Below, piece by piece: positions 41,316-44,531 of a DNA stretch of 44,531 nt. Source of the stretch: Candidatus Stercoripulliclostridium sp. (GTDB lineage: Bacteria > Bacillota > Clostridia > Christensenellales > DTU072); contig JAZNYA010000069.1 of assembly GCA_045594145.1 (NCBI GenBank), positions 1 to 44,531 on the forward strand, written 5' to 3'. The notes below the pieces were generated by a model that did not search any database, was not told the DNA's origin, and saw only the letters and a program-made list of their open reading frames with translations. Both the position numbers and the translations under genes were made by a program. The stretch's first letter is position 1. The number at the start of each line of letters is the position of its first letter.

Positions 41316-42043
41316 GATTACTCTTAACCAACGACGACGGCATAAACGCAGAAGGCATAAAAGTAGTGGCCGACTGGGCAAAAGGTAAAGGTCACGTTAC
41401 CGTATGTGCACCAAAGGTGGAGCAAAGTGCCAAGTCACACGCCATAAATATACATACTCCCTTCGAAATAAAGAAAGTTGATTTTGTTGGAGCGGACGTA
41501 GCGTACTCTGTGGATTCCACTCCGGCGGATTGCGTAAGATTTGCTACCCTTGGTTTAGAGCCCAATTACGACCTTGTAATTTCCGGCATAAATAGGGGAC
41601 TCAATATGGGCGAAGACGTGCTCTATTCGGGAACTGCTGCAGCGATATTTGAAGCTTGCAACCAAAACCTAAAGGGAGTAGCGATGTCTACTAACATATA
41701 TTCTTTTGATAGTGCAAGAGAGTGGATTGGCAAGATATTTGATTTCATATTCAGCAATGATTTACTAAAGCATTGTGATTTTCTTAACGTTAATATTCCC
41801 GATAACGCAAAGGGTATATTAATAACAAAGATGGGTGGTCCGTACTATACGGATAGTTTTAGAGAGATAGCCAAAGATATATGGCAACAGGAAGGACACT
41901 GCATCCATAATAACCGCCACGACCACACGATAGATACGGATGCAACGATAGACGGATACGTTACGATAACTCCCATGACGAACAACCGCACCGACTATAA
42001 GGCATACGAAATCATAAAAGATATAAAATGGGAACAAAAATAA
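41312..42043 (+). CDS. surE: 5-prime/3-prime-nucleotidase SurE
   Basis: The ORF is 243 aa, beginning MRLLLTNDDGINAEGI. An ATGA overlap links it to the upstream gene. Confidence 0.9.
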   Translation: MRLLLTNDDGINAEGIKVVADWAKGKGHVTVCAPKVEQSAKSHAINIHTPFEIKKVDFVGADVAYSVDSTPADCVRFATLGLEPNYDLVISGINRGLNMGEDVLYSGTAAAIFEACNQNLKGVAMSTNIYSFDSAREWIGKIFDFIFSNDLLKHCDFLNVNIPDNAKGILITKMGGPYYTDSFREIAKDIWQQEGHCIHNNRHDHTIDTDATIDGYVTITPMTNNRTDYKAYEIIKDIKWEQK

Positions 42044-42057
42044 GTAGATAATAAAAC

Positions 42058-42086
42058 GACCACTCTTAGAGTGGTCATTATTTTTA
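42058..42086 (+). terminator. Rho-independent terminator of the nrnA-nrnA-surE operon
   Basis: Stem gaccactc (42058-42065) pairs with gagtggtc (42069-42076), followed by ATTATTTTTA. Confidence 0.75.
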
Positions 42087-42087
42087 C

Positions 42088-42119
42088 CCAAATCAAAAGG
42101 CACTCCGAAGAGTGCCTTT
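42088..42119 (-). terminator. Rho-independent terminator of the OB-repeat lipoprotein gene
   Basis: A 10-bp stem (42096-42105 with 42110-42119) carries a UUCG tetraloop on the minus strand, followed by UUUUGAUUU. Confidence 0.75.
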
Positions 42120-42153
42120 CTATCTTTACAAGAAAGAATTGTTTGGGTGCTGA

Positions 42154-44466
42154 TTATGCTTCAACAGCGGTGAATTGACCCCAATTGTAAGTACCACTTA
42201 GGTCGTAGCAGCTGAAGTTGTTGTAGGTGCCGGTTGCACTTGTGCCAAATGCACGGTTGTTATCGTTGTCAACAACTGCAAAGGTTGCTTTGGCAGCACT
42301 CCATTCGAAAACGGTAGCGGATGCTATATCGGTAGAAAGAGAAGCACCGGTGGAAGAATCAGCTATGCAGATGTAGGTCTTGGTGGTGCCATCGGTCATA
42401 TAGAGATAGTATTCGCCGGCGTTGGTAGCAGCTTCAAAGTAAACGGTAGCTGCATCAGCTGCGGTAAGGGTACCATTGAAGCGACCGCTTACAACGGTTC
42501 CGTCAAAGTAAATGGTGCCGTTTGCGTTAGCAGCAGAAATGGTATAACCGGTACCGATTACTAGGGGGCAAGTATCGTGAACTTCAGGTTCTTCGGGTTC
42601 TTCAGCAGCAGGAGCTTCGTAGGTTCCAAGAGTGTAGGTTGCACCTTGAGCCATTTGAGCTGCACCCTTGTAAGCACTGGGCGTACCGGTGATGAGAACG
42701 TACATACCAACTTCAAGGTCTGCGCCACCCTTTACGCGGTAGCAGTATAGATCGTTGGTGCCATCGGTGATGGTGATGGTAATGTTGTCGTGATTTTCGC
42801 TATAAACAGTGTCAATAGACTTGATAGTACCATATACCATGGTGCCGTCTTCGCCGGTGCCTGCAAGACCTACGGTGTTAGCGTCTTTAATGCTGGTTAG
42901 TTCAAGGGGTAAGAAAGTAGCAACTGCTTCGATGTCAGCATTATACTTTTTGATGGGAGCTGCAAATGCAACTGCGTCGCCTACCTCGATGGTAGCAGCA
43001 TCTGCAAGGTTATAACGGTAAACGAGAATTTCGTTGGTGCCGTCGGTTACGTTAAAGGAAACGTTACCATGTTGTTCACTATAAGCAGTGGTGATTTCAG
43101 AAACGGTTCCGATGATGATGTAGTTTTCTGCGGTTTGAGTTTTGTTTTCAAGAGCAGCACCTGCAGTGAGAGCCTTCTTAATGAAGGTTTCAGCGGGAGC
43201 GCAAACTTTAACAACGATTTCTTTAGTGTCGGTTACGGTACCATTTTTGATGGTAGCGGTTAGGGTGATATCAGTATCAACTTCGGGTAGAGCAGCAACG
43301 GTTAGTACGTTGTCGGTAAGGGTAGCAACGGTGGTGCTTGCTAGTGCCCAGCTGATTTCGGTATCAAGGTAACGAGAGCCCTTGGTGGGTAGTTCAACGT
43401 CGCCTTCAACGGTAATCTTATCAACGGTAAGGTTTTCCTTTTCGTATGCTACTCTGGTTTCGGGAGTAGAAGCAACGAATTCGCCTTCGCCTGCCCATTC
43501 AATCTTGGTTACTTGGATGGTTAGGTAGTTGCCGGGGCTGTTGCCACGAACGTAGCCGTAAACGTTAACGGGTTCGTCGTAGTAGTCTGCAACTGCGCCT
43601 ACGATTTCATCGTTGGTGTAGAGCTTGAGTAGTTGCTTGTCATTGTAGTTAGCATTGGTATAACCATCGCTCATAACAAGGGTAGAACCGGTGATTTTGT
43701 AGTACTTGCCAGCCATAGCTGCTACGGTTGCGTTGTCAGCAGCAAGGTCAATGTCTTCTGCAGCAAGAGCGGTAGCAGTGTCTTCTGCGTAGCTAGCGCT
43801 GTTGGATTCAAGAATTTGAACGTCAGTGTTGGTGAGTTGGGGGAGTTGATAGTTGGAAGAGCGCTTGCCCCAAATAGCAATCTTATCGCCTACGAAAACT
43901 TCTCTCTTGGTTTCGTAGCTGAAGATAGCGCCGGTTTCATCGCCAACAACGAAAGAGCCGGTGGAGCCTTCGTTTGCGCCGGTTGCCATAACGTAACCGA
44001 TGATAGCGTAGATGGTGTCACCTTCTTCTTTGGCAAGGAATTCAGCAACGGTGATAGCGTTGAACTTTTCAACTTTGTGGTTGAAGGTCAAGGTTTCGGT
44101 GTTGCCTGCTGCATCGGTGATGGTAGCAGTTAGGGTGTAAACGATTTCTTCGGTTGCGAAAGAATCAACGTCAATGGTAACGATACCATTAACGGCATCG
44201 CCTACTTTAACGCCGTTAGCATCGCCGGAAGTAACGCTTACGGTCCAAGCTACGGTGTATGAGCCGTGCTCGTTACGGAGAGCTGCAGGACGGGTAAAGT
44301 CCGCATTGGTTACGGTAGCTGCATCTCTTAATTGACCGCTAAGATAATCTTTAGCAGCGGTAATACCGGTTAAATCCGGTTCTTCGGGGGTGCAACCTAC
44401 TGCAACACAGCAGATTACAGTACACAAAGCTAAAAGTACTGCAACACAAACTGTAAGTTTTTTCAT
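42154..44466 (-). CDS. Large surface lipoprotein with Ig-like modules, four OB-fold-like repeats and an unassigned C-terminal domain
   Basis: - The ORF is 770 aa with an AGGAGGA RBS and the lipobox VAVGC.
- Two clearly homologous roughly 65-aa repeats: about 42920-43125 (GTVSEITTAYSEQHGNVSFNVTDGTNEILVYR...) and about 42650-42845 (GTIKSIDTVYSENHDNITITITDGTNDLYCYR...).
- Two more divergent copies lie further upstream in the protein.
- A PEEPEEPE linker precedes the last domain. Confidence 0.8.
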   Translation of the reverse strand: MKKLTVCVAVLLALCTVICCVAVGCTPEEPDLTGITAAKDYLSGQLRDAATVTNADFTRPAALRNEHGSYTVAWTVSVTSGDANGVKVGDAVNGIVTIDVDSFATEEIVYTLTATITDAAGNTETLTFNHKVEKFNAITVAEFLAKEEGDTIYAIIGYVMATGANEGSTGSFVVGDETGAIFSYETKREVFVGDKIAIWGKRSSNYQLPQLTNTDVQILESNSASYAEDTATALAAEDIDLAADNATVAAMAGKYYKITGSTLVMSDGYTNANYNDKQLLKLYTNDEIVGAVADYYDEPVNVYGYVRGNSPGNYLTIQVTKIEWAGEGEFVASTPETRVAYEKENLTVDKITVEGDVELPTKGSRYLDTEISWALASTTVATLTDNVLTVAALPEVDTDITLTATIKNGTVTDTKEIVVKVCAPAETFIKKALTAGAALENKTQTAENYIIIGTVSEITTAYSEQHGNVSFNVTDGTNEILVYRYNLADAATIEVGDAVAFAAPIKKYNADIEAVATFLPLELTSIKDANTVGLAGTGEDGTMVYGTIKSIDTVYSENHDNITITITDGTNDLYCYRVKGGADLEVGMYVLITGTPSAYKGAAQMAQGATYTLGTYEAPAAEEPEEPEVHDTCPLVIGTGYTISAANANGTIYFDGTVVSGRFNGTLTAADAATVYFEAATNAGEYYLYMTDGTTKTYICIADSSTGASLSTDIASATVFEWSAAKATFAVVDNDNNRAFGTSATGTYNNFSCYDLSGTYNWGQFTAVEA

Positions 44467-44531
44467 GTTTTGTTCCTCCTATGGAATAATTTTTTGTTTT
44501 TTATTGACTATGGGGTTACTTTTATATATTA

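Noticed and set aside
1-44531. Window-wide scan for mobile elements, prophage genes, CRISPR-Cas, restriction-modification, toxin-antitoxin pairs, retrons, CBASS/Thoeris-type genes, tRNA and rRNA.
   Set aside because: No transposase, integrase, RT, cas, methyltransferase, cyclase or TIR signatures appear in any listed ORF. No cloverleaf-like or rRNA-like sequences were found in the few intergenic gaps. Absence is judged by eye and should be confirmed with HMM searches.

Overview
This 44.5-kb stretch looks like chromosomal DNA from a spore-forming, moderate-GC Firmicute (Clostridia-like). That inference rests on a GerA/GerB/GerC germinant-receptor operon, strong AGGAG-type ribosome-binding sites, sigma-A-like TTGACA/TATAAT promoters and the overall gene content. 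I call 34 protein-coding genes, and by my tally about 95 percent of the window is coding. A roughly 25-kb block (14157-39232) lies entirely on the minus strand.

Content falls into four groups:
- Housekeeping genes: pth, tadA, rlmH, surE, rmuC, a MutT-type Nudix hydrolase, an Mrp/NBP35 ATPase and a WalJ-like MBL hydrolase.
- Cytoplasmic glycan utilisation: GH95 fucosidase, a GH27 with a nested insertion, a reversed-domain-order GH3, two GPH-type permeases, a PIG-L deacetylase and an FGGY kinase.
- Envelope proteins: a 1946-aa Ig-repeat surface protein, an OB-repeat lipoprotein, two CPBP proteases and a MATE pump.
- Several uncharacterised cassettes.

I found no rRNA, tRNA, CRISPR array, cas gene, transposase, integrase, reverse transcriptase or recognisable defence or toxin-antitoxin module. 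No canonical system can therefore be named from sequence alone.

The features least explained by ordinary annotation are:
1. A compact array of covarying mini-hairpins separated by an invariant TAGTTAWCG linker (108-243).
2. A double zinc-ribbon protein with an extremely acidic tail, divergent from the giant surface protein.
3. Long alternating purine-pyrimidine, palindromic ACGT/GCGTGC tracts in several 5-prime regions.
4. A duplicated roughly 47-nt intergenic element upstream of rmuC.
5. A GPH-type permease fused to a roughly 330-aa coiled-coil tail and translationally coupled to a lipoprotein.
6. A tandem NrnA-NrnA-SurE operon.
7. A tandem-SCP2 plus class-III aminotransferase pair.

All functional calls come from motif recognition by eye. 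No database search was run.
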